NCBI GenBank assembly: GCA_002495905.1
Contig: DAHJ01000022.1
Location: forward strand, 1,008 to 65,007
DNA: 64,000 nt
Source of the DNA: Thaumarchaeota archaeon UBA223
GTDB lineage: Archaea > Thermoproteota > Nitrososphaeria > Nitrososphaerales > UBA57
Direction of reading: 5' to 3'
Shown: piece by piece, positions 35,582 to 45,202 of the stretch
Layout: each line of letters starts with the position of its first letter
Numbering within the stretch: position 1 is the first letter of the stretch
Notes under the pieces: model-generated
Seen by the model: the letters and a program-made list of their open reading frames with translations, nothing else
Told to the model about the DNA's origin: nothing
Databases searched by the model: none
Translations under genes and position numbers: made by a program

Positions 35582-36650
35582 AAATGTATTAGTAACAGGC
35601 TCGGGAGGAATAGGAGGAGTAAATTTTGTTAATGCGTTAAGAGTTGCTAAGAGAGAATATTCAATTTCAGGAACAGACTATAACAAATACTATTTAGAAT
35701 TACCAGAGCTTAATTCAAGATATAGAACTCCAAAACACACAGATCCTAAATTTCTAGAGAAAATCAAAGAGATAATACATGAAGATAAGATAGATTTCTT
35801 ACATCCGAGTCCACATTCAGAAGCTAGTGTGATTGCAAAGGAAATAGATAGTATAAACACTGCGACATATTTACCGAGTTATGAAGTAATAATAAGAGAT
35901 AAATTAGAAACACAAGAGATATTAGAAAAAAATCAGATTCCTGTAGCAAAAACTAGAAAAATTAGTTCGTTAAATGAGATCAAATCTATAATTGAAGGAT
36001 TTAATGATGAAAAGGTCTGGGTTAGAATGAAAAGTGGTGCAGGAGGAAAACTAAGTTTATTATGTGAAACCGAAGAACAAATAGAAGATTGGATAAGAAT
36101 ATGGGTAAATAGAGGGATTGCAGAATATTCAGATTTTATGATTCAAGAATATCTACCAGGTAAAAATATTGCATGCGATAGTCTTTGGCATAATGGAAAA
36201 ATGATTGCGTCATTTACAAGAGAAAGGTTAGAATATCCATTCAAACATATATCGCCATCAGGAATTACGGGTACGCCAACAGTATCGAGAATCATTGTAG
36301 ATGAGCAAGTTAATGAAATTTCAAAAAAAGCAATTTTAGCTTCAGATTCGAATCCAAATGGAAGTTATGCAGTTGATTTGAAAGGAAATAAGGAAGACAA
36401 TCCAACTGTAACTGAAATAGATTCTGGAAAATTCCATACCACTACTGCATTGTGGGGGATAGTAGCAAACAAACTTGGATTAGATGAAAAGAAGAATTTA
36501 GCTGATTATTATTGTGCAATAGGAATGAATGACGTAGAACCAGAAAATCTTGGTTCAGACATCTATCCAGAGAATCTCTACTTAATTAGGCACATAGATA
36601 CAGGAACATGGATTTGGAAAGAGGATGGATATAAGGTAAGGATACTTTGA
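35574..36650 (+). CDS. ATP-grasp ligase
   Basis: MSKNVLVTGSGGIGGVNFVNALR is followed by a central ATP-grasp pattern (...VWVRMKSGAGGK...IQEYLPGKNIACDSLW...). The ATG at 35574 overlaps the upstream stop. The track uses the GTG at 35562. Confidence 0.65.
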   Translation: MSKNVLVTGSGGIGGVNFVNALRVAKREYSISGTDYNKYYLELPELNSRYRTPKHTDPKFLEKIKEIIHEDKIDFLHPSPHSEASVIAKEIDSINTATYLPSYEVIIRDKLETQEILEKNQIPVAKTRKISSLNEIKSIIEGFNDEKVWVRMKSGAGGKLSLLCETEEQIEDWIRIWVNRGIAEYSDFMIQEYLPGKNIACDSLWHNGKMIASFTRERLEYPFKHISPSGITGTPTVSRIIVDEQVNEISKKAILASDSNPNGSYAVDLKGNKEDNPTVTEIDSGKFHTTTALWGIVANKLGLDEKKNLADYYCAIGMNDVEPENLGSDIYPENLYLIRHIDTGTWIWKEDGYKVRIL

Positions 36651-37240
36651 TTGAATTAGTTATTTTTGATTTAGATGGAACGTTAATTAAATTACCGGTA
36701 AGATATGATTTACTAAGGAATGAATTAAAGGACAGGTTTGGAATACAAGGAGAATCATTCCTCATTCCGATGATATTAGAAAATACAAAAGATAACAATG
36801 AAATAAAAAATCAAGCATTCGATCTTATTTGTAAAGAAGAATGTAATGCAATAAATGATTTAGAAATACATGAAGGTGCAATTGAAGTAATAAAAGAGAT
36901 TCATTCAAAGAATAAAAAAATTGCACTAGTTACACTACAATGTGAACGTGCTGCAAATCAAATTTTAGACATTATGGGAATTAAAGAGTTATTTTCGAAC
37001 ATACTTACACGAGACAACTATACAGACAGATATGAACAAATAATCAAGACAATGGAAGAATTCAACAGTAATGCAGGAAAAACTTTGATGATAGGAGACA
37101 GGATTAATGATTTTGATTCGGCTGAAAAGGCAGGTTGTGAATCAATAATTATAAGACGAGGAGATCAACAAGGAAATGAGAGAATGAATTGGGTAAAAGA
37201 CAACATACAGCTCAGAGATGAATTAAGTAAGATTTTGTAG
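36647..37240 (+). CDS. HAD-superfamily phosphatase
   Basis: 197 aa. Motif I is VIFDLDGTLI, motif II is ALVTLQ and motif III/IV is MIGDRINDFDSA. The TTG start overlaps the upstream TGA (TTGA). Confidence 0.8.
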   Translation: MIELVIFDLDGTLIKLPVRYDLLRNELKDRFGIQGESFLIPMILENTKDNNEIKNQAFDLICKEECNAINDLEIHEGAIEVIKEIHSKNKKIALVTLQCERAANQILDIMGIKELFSNILTRDNYTDRYEQIIKTMEEFNSNAGKTLMIGDRINDFDSAEKAGCESIIIRRGDQQGNERMNWVKDNIQLRDELSKIL

Positions 37241-37242
37241 AA

Positions 37243-38259
37243 TTAATTCGAGTCAAGTTGCCAGTTTATAGTTTTAGCAAGACCTTTATCAAGTTTAACG
37301 CGAGGTTTAAAGTCAATCAGTTGCTTTGCTTTAGTGATTTTTGGAATACGGCGTCGAGGGTCGTTATCAGGCATGGGTAGGTATTTGAATTTGGATTTGC
37401 TGTTCGTAATGTCAACAATCGTATTCGCTAAATCGATAATTCGGGTTTCTTTCGGATTTCCAAGGTTAAAGGTTTCGCCTTTAGTTTTGTTAATAAGTAA
37501 TGAGGCCATCAAGCCATTAATCATATCAGTGATATAACAAAAAGATCTAGTTTGTTTTCCGTTGCCCCAAATTGTGATATTTTTGTTGTTGATAGATTGC
37601 CAAATGAATCGAGAAAGAGCTCTGCCATAAGTTCCGTCACCGCGAAGTCTAGGACCATATGTATTGAACAATCTAACTATTCTTAGGTTAATGCCGTAGG
37701 TCCTGTAATATGCCATACATAAAGATTCACACAGTCGTTTACTTTCGTCATAACATGCTCTAGGTCCAGACGGGTTGACGTTGCCGTAATAAGTTTCAGG
37801 AGTTGGAAAAACAGTTGCTTCACCATAAACTTCTGAAGTAGATGTGAACAAAAGTTTTGCACCGGTTTTTCTAGTTAATTCAAGAATTTTCCTGGTTCCT
37901 TCAGTATTTGTATCAATAGTTTGGATTTCATTGTTAAGATAATCATCAGGAGAAGGTCTACTTGCTAGATGAAAGATATAATCAGGTTTTAGATTAATTG
38001 GTGTTTTTGTGATGTCGTGTTTTTTAAATACAAAGGACTTGTTTGATAAAAGGTGTTTAATATTCTCAGCGCGTCCAGAAGACAAATTATCAATACAATG
38101 TACTTTAGCATTTTTAGCGATTAGAATATCACACAACCAGCTTCCGAGAAATCCTGCACCTCCAGTTACCAAGAATTTTTTTCCAGAAATACGGAATTTT
38201 TTATTGTCAGATAGAAGAGATTCTATATCAGAATCAATAATAGTATTCATTACATCCAA
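37243..38259 (-). CDS. uxs: UDP-glucuronate decarboxylase (UDP-xylose synthase)-like SDR
   Basis: 338 aa. VTGGAGFLGSWLCD, the catalytic YDESKR, and the length and pattern match the UXS/ArnA-decarboxylase type of extended SDR. It is adjacent to ugd and galU. Confidence 0.75.
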   Translation of the reverse strand: MDVMNTIIDSDIESLLSDNKKFRISGKKFLVTGGAGFLGSWLCDILIAKNAKVHCIDNLSSGRAENIKHLLSNKSFVFKKHDITKTPINLKPDYIFHLASRPSPDDYLNNEIQTIDTNTEGTRKILELTRKTGAKLLFTSTSEVYGEATVFPTPETYYGNVNPSGPRACYDESKRLCESLCMAYYRTYGINLRIVRLFNTYGPRLRGDGTYGRALSRFIWQSINNKNITIWGNGKQTRSFCYITDMINGLMASLLINKTKGETFNLGNPKETRIIDLANTIVDITNSKSKFKYLPMPDNDPRRRIPKITKAKQLIDFKPRVKLDKGLAKTINWQLDSN

Positions 38260-39128
38260 CCTTTAGAAGCGAGTTTTTTAGAATGTTGTTGTGCATGCCA
38301 ATATGTATCAGGAGTACCAATATCTAGGCGGGTACAAGAATGATGATATTCATATCCTAGAACGTTCATTTGTGTATCAACCATATGTTGTATGGCGTCA
38401 GTAATTTGTATTTCGCCTCCGTAACCAGCAGGAATTTTCTTTAGTATTTTTATAACGTCAGGAGTGAATTTATTCAATGCCATAATAGCAAGATTAGAAA
38501 TCTTTTTTGATGGTTTTTCAACAGCTTGACTTATTTTGTATACTTTATCATTCGAAGGAAGTGAATATTTACTTGTACGTTTGCCTACAATAACCCCATA
38601 AGCACTAGGCTCAGAAATTTTTTCTAATGCAACAACGCAATCAGCATGTTTAGATAATTTATCTAAATCGTTAAGATGTCGATTATTTGGTTGTACAATT
38701 AAAGTATCTCCAGCATGTAAGATAAAATCGTCTTTACCGACGAAAGAAGATGCTAATGAAACAGCATGACCATAACCTAATTGATTATTTTGATTTATCC
38801 ATTTAATATTTGATTTTTCTATTCTTTTGTAAAAAGATTTCATATCCTTAAATGAAATTTTATGTTTTTGACTTGATAGATTGTCAAGAGAAGAATAATC
38901 AAGTGAGAAATGATCTTTAATTGCACGCTTTTCTTTTCCTACAATAAAACAAAAATCACGAATGCCAAAATCAAATAATTGTTCATAAATAAGCTGGACC
39001 ATAGGTTTGAGCAAGATATCACCTCGAGAGGAAGAGAAGACAGGAAGCATTTCTTTCGGTTGAACTTTTGTAGTAGGTAGCAATCTAGTTCCACGACCTG
39101 CAACAGGAATAACCACTTTTTTCAACAT
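38250..39128 (-). CDS. galU: UTP--glucose-1-phosphate uridylyltransferase (GalU-type sugar nucleotidyltransferase)
   Basis: 292 aa. VVIPVAGRGTRLLPTTKVQPKEMLPV is the nucleotidyltransferase signature. Confidence 0.8.
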   Translation of the reverse strand: MLKKVVIPVAGRGTRLLPTTKVQPKEMLPVFSSSRGDILLKPMVQLIYEQLFDFGIRDFCFIVGKEKRAIKDHFSLDYSSLDNLSSQKHKISFKDMKSFYKRIEKSNIKWINQNNQLGYGHAVSLASSFVGKDDFILHAGDTLIVQPNNRHLNDLDKLSKHADCVVALEKISEPSAYGVIVGKRTSKYSLPSNDKVYKISQAVEKPSKKISNLAIMALNKFTPDVIKILKKIPAGYGGEIQITDAIQHMVDTQMNVLGYEYHHSCTRLDIGTPDTYWHAQQHSKKLASKGWM

Positions 39129-39186
39129 TATTAGTCCCTATAATATTCTCATAATCCATTTATTTCAATGTATCATCAGAATATGT

Positions 39187-40506
39187 ATGGAATATGACGT
39201 AGCCTTTGTAGGTCTTGGATATGTAGGCCTTTCTTCTGCAGTTTGTTTTGCAGATAGAGGAATAAACGTACTAGGTATAGAGATTGATAGTAAGAAACTC
39301 AATATGATAAAGAAGTCAAATTCACCTATTCATGAGAAAAATATCAATGAGTTACTGCAGAAATCAATCAAAAAGAAGAAATTATCATTTAGTAAAGAAT
39401 TGAAGGATGTTACAAAAACAAAGATAATATTTCTTACAGTAGGAACGCCAAGTCGTAAAGATGGTTCAATAGATCTAAAATACATAAATCAAGCAACAAA
39501 AGACATAGCTATTGCAATAAAAAATATTCAAGAATATTTTGTAATAGTAGTAAAAAGTACAGTAGTTCCAGGAACTGCATTAAAAATTGTGAAGAATTTA
39601 GAGAGATATTCTGGAAAAAAGAATTCAATAGATTTTGGAGTAGTAGTTAATCCTGAATTTTTACAAGAAGGAAACGCAATAAATGATTCATTAAAACCAG
39701 ATAAGATTGTATTAGGAATTAATTCAGAGAAGGATAAGAAAATAATGTTTAATTTGTTTAAGAAGATTTATAGAAAAAATCTTCCAATAGTTTATACAAC
39801 GCCAAGTAATGCAGAATTAATTAAATATGCTAACAATTCGTTATTAGCAACAAAAATAAGTTTTATGAATTACATTGCAAGGATAGCTGAACAGATTCCA
39901 GACGGTGATGTAGAAGAAATTAAGAATGCGATTGGTATGGATAAAAGAATATCAGAATCATTTTTGAACGCAGGATTGGGATTTGGTGGTTCGTGTTTTC
40001 CAAAGGATGTAAAGGCACTCATTGCATTTAGTAAAGAAATGAATATTAATTCGGATATCTTGCAATCAGTATTAACAATAAATGATACACAATTTATGAG
40101 TGTATTTGACATATTAAAGAAAGAATTAGGGTCGTTGCAAGGAAAGAAGATATCAATTTTGGGACTTTCATTTAAACCTGAAACTGACGATATACGTGAT
40201 GCAATATCATTGAAGATAATCAAGAAGCTACTAGACAAGAAAGCTACAATAAGAGTATACGATCCAATAGCAAATGACAATGTAAGGGATATTTTTGGTA
40301 AGTCTATATCATATGCGTCAAATTCAGAATCGTGTATAAAGGGGTCTGAATGCTGTATTATTGTAACAGAATGGAAAGAATTCAAGAACATTAAACCTAA
40401 AGATTTTACCAGATTAATGAAAAGACCACTAATAATTGACGGTAGAAGAATTTTTTCGAAAAAGAAATTTAATAAATTAGAATATCATGCAATAGGTTTG
40501 GGATAA
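39187..40506 (+). CDS. ugd: UDP-glucose 6-dehydrogenase
   Basis: 439 aa. FVGLGYVGL (NAD-binding), the catalytic GFGGSCFPKD, and the C-terminal UDP-binding domain are present. Confidence 0.92.
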   Translation: MEYDVAFVGLGYVGLSSAVCFADRGINVLGIEIDSKKLNMIKKSNSPIHEKNINELLQKSIKKKKLSFSKELKDVTKTKIIFLTVGTPSRKDGSIDLKYINQATKDIAIAIKNIQEYFVIVVKSTVVPGTALKIVKNLERYSGKKNSIDFGVVVNPEFLQEGNAINDSLKPDKIVLGINSEKDKKIMFNLFKKIYRKNLPIVYTTPSNAELIKYANNSLLATKISFMNYIARIAEQIPDGDVEEIKNAIGMDKRISESFLNAGLGFGGSCFPKDVKALIAFSKEMNINSDILQSVLTINDTQFMSVFDILKKELGSLQGKKISILGLSFKPETDDIRDAISLKIIKKLLDKKATIRVYDPIANDNVRDIFGKSISYASNSESCIKGSECCIIVTEWKEFKNIKPKDFTRLMKRPLIIDGRRIFSKKKFNKLEYHAIGLG

Positions 40507-40543
40507 TCTAATTAAGATGGAAATAGTCAATATATAGTAACAT

Positions 40544-40924
40544 ATGACAGTATTGAAAGTGAATAGGCGAATACTAAAGAAGATAACAAATCCGTCGGTA
40601 GAGCCGTATGAAATTGAGATTGACACTCCAGAGTTTACATTTTATGGTGCAAAAAATCAACCAGATTTTGCGTCAATAAATATAAGCATGATTCCAGGCA
40701 AAACTGTAATAGAATTAAAATCGTTTAAGTTATATTTACATCAATATAGAAACAAACTTGCATCGTATGAAAGAATAATTAATGCAATTTATGATGATTT
40801 AATACAAGTATACAAACCTAAGAGACTAGTAATTGAAATGAAATTTAACCCTCGAGGAGGAATATCTTCTAAACTTACAATAGACTCATTCGAACGTGAA
40901 TTATTTATTGAGCGAAAAGCCTAA
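40544..40924 (+). CDS. QueF-family T-fold protein lacking the catalytic cysteine
   Basis: 126 aa. PEFTFYGAKNQPDFASINISMIPGKTVIELKSFKLYLHQYRN...FNPRGGIS aligns by eye with unimodular QueF, including the E-x-K-S-x-K-L-Y motif. The protein contains no Cys at all. Confidence 0.7.
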   Translation: MTVLKVNRRILKKITNPSVEPYEIEIDTPEFTFYGAKNQPDFASINISMIPGKTVIELKSFKLYLHQYRNKLASYERIINAIYDDLIQVYKPKRLVIEMKFNPRGGISSKLTIDSFERELFIERKA

Positions 40925-41153
40925 ATTTAGAATTATAAGAACCGTAAAAGGATCAAAATGCCCTGCCTGTGATTCAAAAGGGGAAACTGCAGGGGAAGAA
41001 GTAGGTTCATTAAGAGTAACCATGGACCCAAAATTTAGTTTTATTAGGGTAATATGTGGTTCTTGTGGGTTCAAGTCAAAAGTATACTATAAAGATATAT
41101 TGGAAATTGATGGAATTCTAGACAAACATGGAAAAGAACTAAAATACGAATAA
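40896..41153 (+). CDS. small zinc-ribbon protein (CPAC...CGSC)
   Basis: About 80-85 aa. Two CxxC pairs are spaced 34 aa apart. Only GTG (40896) or TTG (40908) starts keep both pairs, and both overlap the QueF-like gene's end. Confidence 0.45.
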   Translation: MNYLLSEKPKFRIIRTVKGSKCPACDSKGETAGEEVGSLRVTMDPKFSFIRVICGSCGFKSKVYYKDILEIDGILDKHGKELKYE

Positions 41154-41159
41154 ATAATA

Positions 41160-41942
41160 TTAAAGCCAGTCTTTATTAATTGGTTTTAGTTCAAGGGTAG
41201 ATTCATCTAAAATACTGTAAAATTGTTCAACTATGTCTTTTTCAGAATTCAAAGGTTGCCGTTTTGAAAGTAATATAGAATACCACATTTGATTTTTTAT
41301 GAATTGTTTACGATTTAATGCGGCATGATGAAGTAATATTATATCACTTTCAAGAGTTTTACCAGAAATACCGGTGATAGGTTCTCTGCCAAAATATGGT
41401 CGGAGTTTTTCACGACCTTGTAAATGTTTAATCAACCTTTTCCATAAAGTTCCAGCAGGATTAGGAAAATGAAGAGACGGATTATAACGTACTAAATAGC
41501 TATTATATGCAAAAGTTGAGAATTTTTCAGGTCTGTCAGAACGATATTGGTCATTAGATTTCCAAAGCCAGTATCTTTGGAATTTATACATTCCTGCGTC
41601 TTTGTCTTTAATATGTTCGCGAATAGAAACTTTGAATCTAGGTTCAAATGTCTCGTCTGCATCCATAAAGAGTATCCAATCAGCACCATGCTTCTTTGCC
41701 ATATTTAAAAGAGAATTCATGTCATTCCATTCTATACGCGTACGATTATCAGAGTAAAAATCAGTTTCGACCACTTTGTTGCAATTTTTAATGATTTGCA
41801 TACTATCGTCTGAAACATTTCCTCCAACAAGAACTATTTCATCTACAATTTCAGACATGTTAGAAAGACTTGTATTTAATATCCAGGAACAATCGCCGCC
41901 AACTTGCATACAACCAATTATTTTCATACAATCACATTTCAT
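41160..41942 (-). CDS. GT2-like glycosyltransferase (soluble, short)
   Basis: 260 aa. ...DEIVLVGGNVSDDS... and WILFMDADETFEP (DxD-type motif) are present. The start may be the second ATG at 41927. Confidence 0.55.
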   Translation of the reverse strand: MKCDCMKIIGCMQVGGDCSWILNTSLSNMSEIVDEIVLVGGNVSDDSMQIIKNCNKVVETDFYSDNRTRIEWNDMNSLLNMAKKHGADWILFMDADETFEPRFKVSIREHIKDKDAGMYKFQRYWLWKSNDQYRSDRPEKFSTFAYNSYLVRYNPSLHFPNPAGTLWKRLIKHLQGREKLRPYFGREPITGISGKTLESDIILLHHAALNRKQFIKNQMWYSILLSKRQPLNSEKDIVEQFYSILDESTLELKPINKDWL

Positions 41943-41981
41943 GAAGATTCATATATAATGTATTGGAATTTGAGAGTATTA

Positions 41982-42893
41982 ATGAAAAGATATCTAATCG
42001 TTGGAGGATCAGGTTTTCTTGGTTCGCATGTATTATCTGAATTGTTAGAAAGACAGGCACAAGTTTCAGTCTCCGATATAATTGGTCCTCAATATGCAAA
42101 TCGATTAAAAAATAAAATGGATTCTATAAATTATATTTGGAAAAGTGCCGAAGATCTTAATGAAAGAGACATTTCGGATGTAGACTGTATATTATTTTTA
42201 GCAGCACAAGCAGATGTTCCTTTAGTTTTGTCTTCTCCAAAATATTCATTTCATACAAATACTGCAGGTTTAATAAATGTCTTAGAATTAATTAGAGCAA
42301 AAAAGAATACGCAATTAATTTTTATGAGTAGCAAAAATGTTTATGGAAAACCAGATAAATCACTAGTAACGGAAGATGATGTATTAAAACCAACTGACCC
42401 TTATGGAGCTGGTAAAGCAGCTGCAGACTTAATGTGTCAAAGTTATGCAGAATCATTTGGACTATCAATATCAGTAATCAGAAGTAGTGGATTATTTGGT
42501 CCTAATTCTAGATTACAACAAGTTATACCAATTTTCATTCAACAGGCTTTGAAGGATTTACCAATAACTATAGAAGGAGATGGTAGTCAATCAACAGACT
42601 TCAATTATGTAATGAATTTAGTAGATGCAATAATAACAATGGCGGAATCAGATGTTAAGGGAGTGTATAACATTGCATATGGAACAGACTATTCAATAAA
42701 AGACATAGCAGATTTAATTATTAAACAAACAAATAGTAAATCAGAGATAAATAATCTACCGTGGAGATCAGGTGAAAAAGGAATGAAATTATCACTTTCA
42801 ATAGAAAAGGCAAAAAGTGAATTTGGATATAATCCCAAAGTATCATTTGAGGAAGGAATAGGAAAAACAATAGATTGGATGAGGAATTTGTAA
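41982..42893 (+). CDS. NAD-dependent sugar-nucleotide epimerase/dehydratase (extended SDR)
   Basis: The ATG at 41982 gives MKRYLIVGGSGFLGSHV, and the catalytic YGAGKAA is present. The track ORF's 26 extra N-terminal codons overlap the divergent gene. Confidence 0.8.
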   Translation: MKRYLIVGGSGFLGSHVLSELLERQAQVSVSDIIGPQYANRLKNKMDSINYIWKSAEDLNERDISDVDCILFLAAQADVPLVLSSPKYSFHTNTAGLINVLELIRAKKNTQLIFMSSKNVYGKPDKSLVTEDDVLKPTDPYGAGKAAADLMCQSYAESFGLSISVIRSSGLFGPNSRLQQVIPIFIQQALKDLPITIEGDGSQSTDFNYVMNLVDAIITMAESDVKGVYNIAYGTDYSIKDIADLIIKQTNSKSEINNLPWRSGEKGMKLSLSIEKAKSEFGYNPKVSFEEGIGKTIDWMRNL

Positions 42894-43264
42894 TGGTAAT
42901 AAAAGTAATTAAAATAAAAGATTCGTTCATAGATAAAAGAGGAAAGATTACGAATATTTTAGAAAAACCTGTAACAAGTATTGTTATTATAACATCAAGA
43001 AAGGGGGCAATAAGGGCAAATCATTATCATAAAAGAGATTCACATTGGTCTTACATAATTAAAGGAAAAATGGAATATTATGAAGAAAGAAAAAGTGGAA
43101 AGATAGAAAAAGCTATTGTTAAAGAAGGGGAAATGGTTTACAGTGCACCAGGAGTTCCTCATGCAATGAAGTTTCTAGAGAGTTCAATATTTTTAGCAAT
43201 GACAACTCAAAAGAGACTTAAAGGAAAATACGATAAAGATACAATACCACATGATATAATATGA
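42893..43264 (+). CDS. cupin-fold sugar-nucleotide isomerase/epimerase (FdtA/WxcM-C-like)
   Basis: FIDKRGKITNILE...ANHYHKRDSHWSYIIKGKMEYY...PGVPHAM is present. The ATG overlaps the upstream TAA (TAATG). Confidence 0.6.
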   Translation: MVIKVIKIKDSFIDKRGKITNILEKPVTSIVIITSRKGAIRANHYHKRDSHWSYIIKGKMEYYEERKSGKIEKAIVKEGEMVYSAPGVPHAMKFLESSIFLAMTTQKRLKGKYDKDTIPHDII

Positions 43265-43986
43265 AAGCATTTGAAGACAAAGTAGTTATTATAACAGGAG
43301 CATCTAGCGGAATAGGATATTCGTTATTAAATTATTTCATCAGAGAAGGAGCTATAGTTTATGCTGTTTCAAGAAATGAAAGAGAAATAAATGAAAAAGA
43401 TAAACAACTGTGTAATTTTGAGTTATTAGATTTATCTGAAGAAGTGAATGTTGAGAAATATACAAAAAAAGTGTTGCAAAAAGAGAATCGCGTAGATATT
43501 TTAATTAATAACGCAGGAGTTGCACATAATTTAGCTTCGATAGAAGAAATGAATTGGGAGATGTTTAATTCAATTATAAAAGATAATTTAATGCCAACAT
43601 TTAATATGATAAAATATATAATGCCAATCATGAAAAAAAATAATTCGGGGACGATAATTAATATATCGTCAAGAGCAGGACGAAGGGCAGTACCTAAATT
43701 GTCAGCATATACGGCTGCAAAATTTGCTGTAAGAGGATTAACAGAATCTGTATCTAAAGAAGTAGAGGAAACAGGAATAAAATGTGTAACTATTTCCCCT
43801 GCAGGAGTGAATACAGGCATGAGAGCAATGGTATTTGGAAAAGATGATGCTGAAAATCAACAAGACGCTTCCAGAATAACAGAAATAATATCAAAGGTTT
43901 TACTAGGAGAATTACAAGTTTCAAATGGATCAGATATTGTAATAATAAAGGATAAAGAACCAATAATAAGGGTGCCAGAAGTTTGA
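43261..43986 (+). CDS. classical short-chain dehydrogenase/reductase (likely sugar ketoreductase)
   Basis: 241 aa. ITGASSGIG, NNAG and the catalytic S...YTAAK are present. It overlaps the upstream gene with ATGA. Confidence 0.8.
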   Translation: MKAFEDKVVIITGASSGIGYSLLNYFIREGAIVYAVSRNEREINEKDKQLCNFELLDLSEEVNVEKYTKKVLQKENRVDILINNAGVAHNLASIEEMNWEMFNSIIKDNLMPTFNMIKYIMPIMKKNNSGTIINISSRAGRRAVPKLSAYTAAKFAVRGLTESVSKEVEETGIKCVTISPAGVNTGMRAMVFGKDDAENQQDASRITEIISKVLLGELQVSNGSDIVIIKDKEPIIRVPEV

Positions 43987-45194
43987 AGTGTAGATCTTGT
44001 AATAAAGAAGATTTTTTAGATTTTATTTCACTAAATAAACAACCACCTGCAAATGCTTTTCTTAAAGAAAGTGACTTTAAGCAAGAAACAGCATATCCTT
44101 TAGATGTAACATGTTGTAAAGATTGTTTACTTGTACAGTTAACTGATGAAAGTTACATACCAAGAGACAAATTATTCTTAGATTATGCCTATGCGTCATC
44201 GATTTCAGGAGGATTAAGAAATCATTTTAATCAATTAGCTAAGAAGATAAAATCTGAATTCAATACCAAATTAGTAGTAGATATTGGTTCCAATGATGGA
44301 GTATTATTGAAACCATTGATTGAATCAGGATGTAGTGTAGTAGGTGTAGAACCTGCAAGAAATTTAGCAGAACAAGCTAATGATAACGGGCTGGATACAA
44401 TTTGTTCATATTTTAATAAAGAGACCGTAAACAAAATAATATCTGATAAAGGAAAAGCTGATGTAATAGTAGCATCAAATGTTTTTGCACATTTAGAAGA
44501 ATATCACATCATAATTGAAGATGTTAAATCATTATTATCTGATAATGGAACATACATTGTTGAAGTACAGTATTTTGCCGATATGATTGAGGAGATGACA
44601 TTTGATAATATATATCACGAACATGTATTGTATTATACATTACATTCAATGAGAAATTTATTCAATAAACATAACATGAATGTATACAGAGTGGAAAGGA
44701 TTGCAACACATGGAGGATCAATTCGGGCATATATATCAAAAAATAGAGATACGGAACAAAGTGTTATTGATTTGATTAATCAGGAAAAACAAAACGGAAT
44801 AGATAATTTTAGGACTATGGAAGATTTTAATGACAAGCTTCAAAGAAATATGAATGAGATAAGAGAATTATTTGAGAGATTAAACAAAGAAAATAAAAAG
44901 ATATTTGGATATGGGGCACCTGCTAAATCAAGTACTATGATTAATTCAATTGGTTTGAATAACAAAGATATTGATTTAATAATAGAAGATTCACCGTTAA
45001 AACAAGGATTATTTACACCGGGAAGTCACATTCCAATAACTTCTCCCGACATATTAAAAACAGAAACACCAGATTACTTGATGATTTTTGCTTGGAATTA
45101 TTCTGATGAAATAATAAAAAAAGTTGAAGATAAATATCAAAAATTAAATTACATAGTGCCAATGCCGGAATTAAAGGTTATTTTAAAGGAGTAA
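43983..45194 (+). CDS. NDP-hexose C-methyltransferase (TylC3-type) with N-terminal zinc ribbon
   Basis: 403 aa. CRSC...CKDC Zn-ribbon, YAYASS, the SAM motif VVDIGSNDG, and a C-terminal C-methyltransferase-type domain (...GYGAPAKSSTMIN...). The TTG start overlaps the upstream TGA. Confidence 0.75.
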   Translation: MKCRSCNKEDFLDFISLNKQPPANAFLKESDFKQETAYPLDVTCCKDCLLVQLTDESYIPRDKLFLDYAYASSISGGLRNHFNQLAKKIKSEFNTKLVVDIGSNDGVLLKPLIESGCSVVGVEPARNLAEQANDNGLDTICSYFNKETVNKIISDKGKADVIVASNVFAHLEEYHIIIEDVKSLLSDNGTYIVEVQYFADMIEEMTFDNIYHEHVLYYTLHSMRNLFNKHNMNVYRVERIATHGGSIRAYISKNRDTEQSVIDLINQEKQNGIDNFRTMEDFNDKLQRNMNEIRELFERLNKENKKIFGYGAPAKSSTMINSIGLNNKDIDLIIEDSPLKQGLFTPGSHIPITSPDILKTETPDYLMIFAWNYSDEIIKKVEDKYQKLNYIVPMPELKVILKE

Positions 45195-45202
45195 TTTGTG
45201 AT

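Noticed and set aside
39870-40391. A 173-aa minus-strand ORF inside ugd, and the similar 153-aa ORF 43359..43820(-) inside the SDR gene.
   Set aside because: Both are antisense to strongly supported enzymes and have Ser/Phe/Ile-rich low-complexity translations with no motifs.
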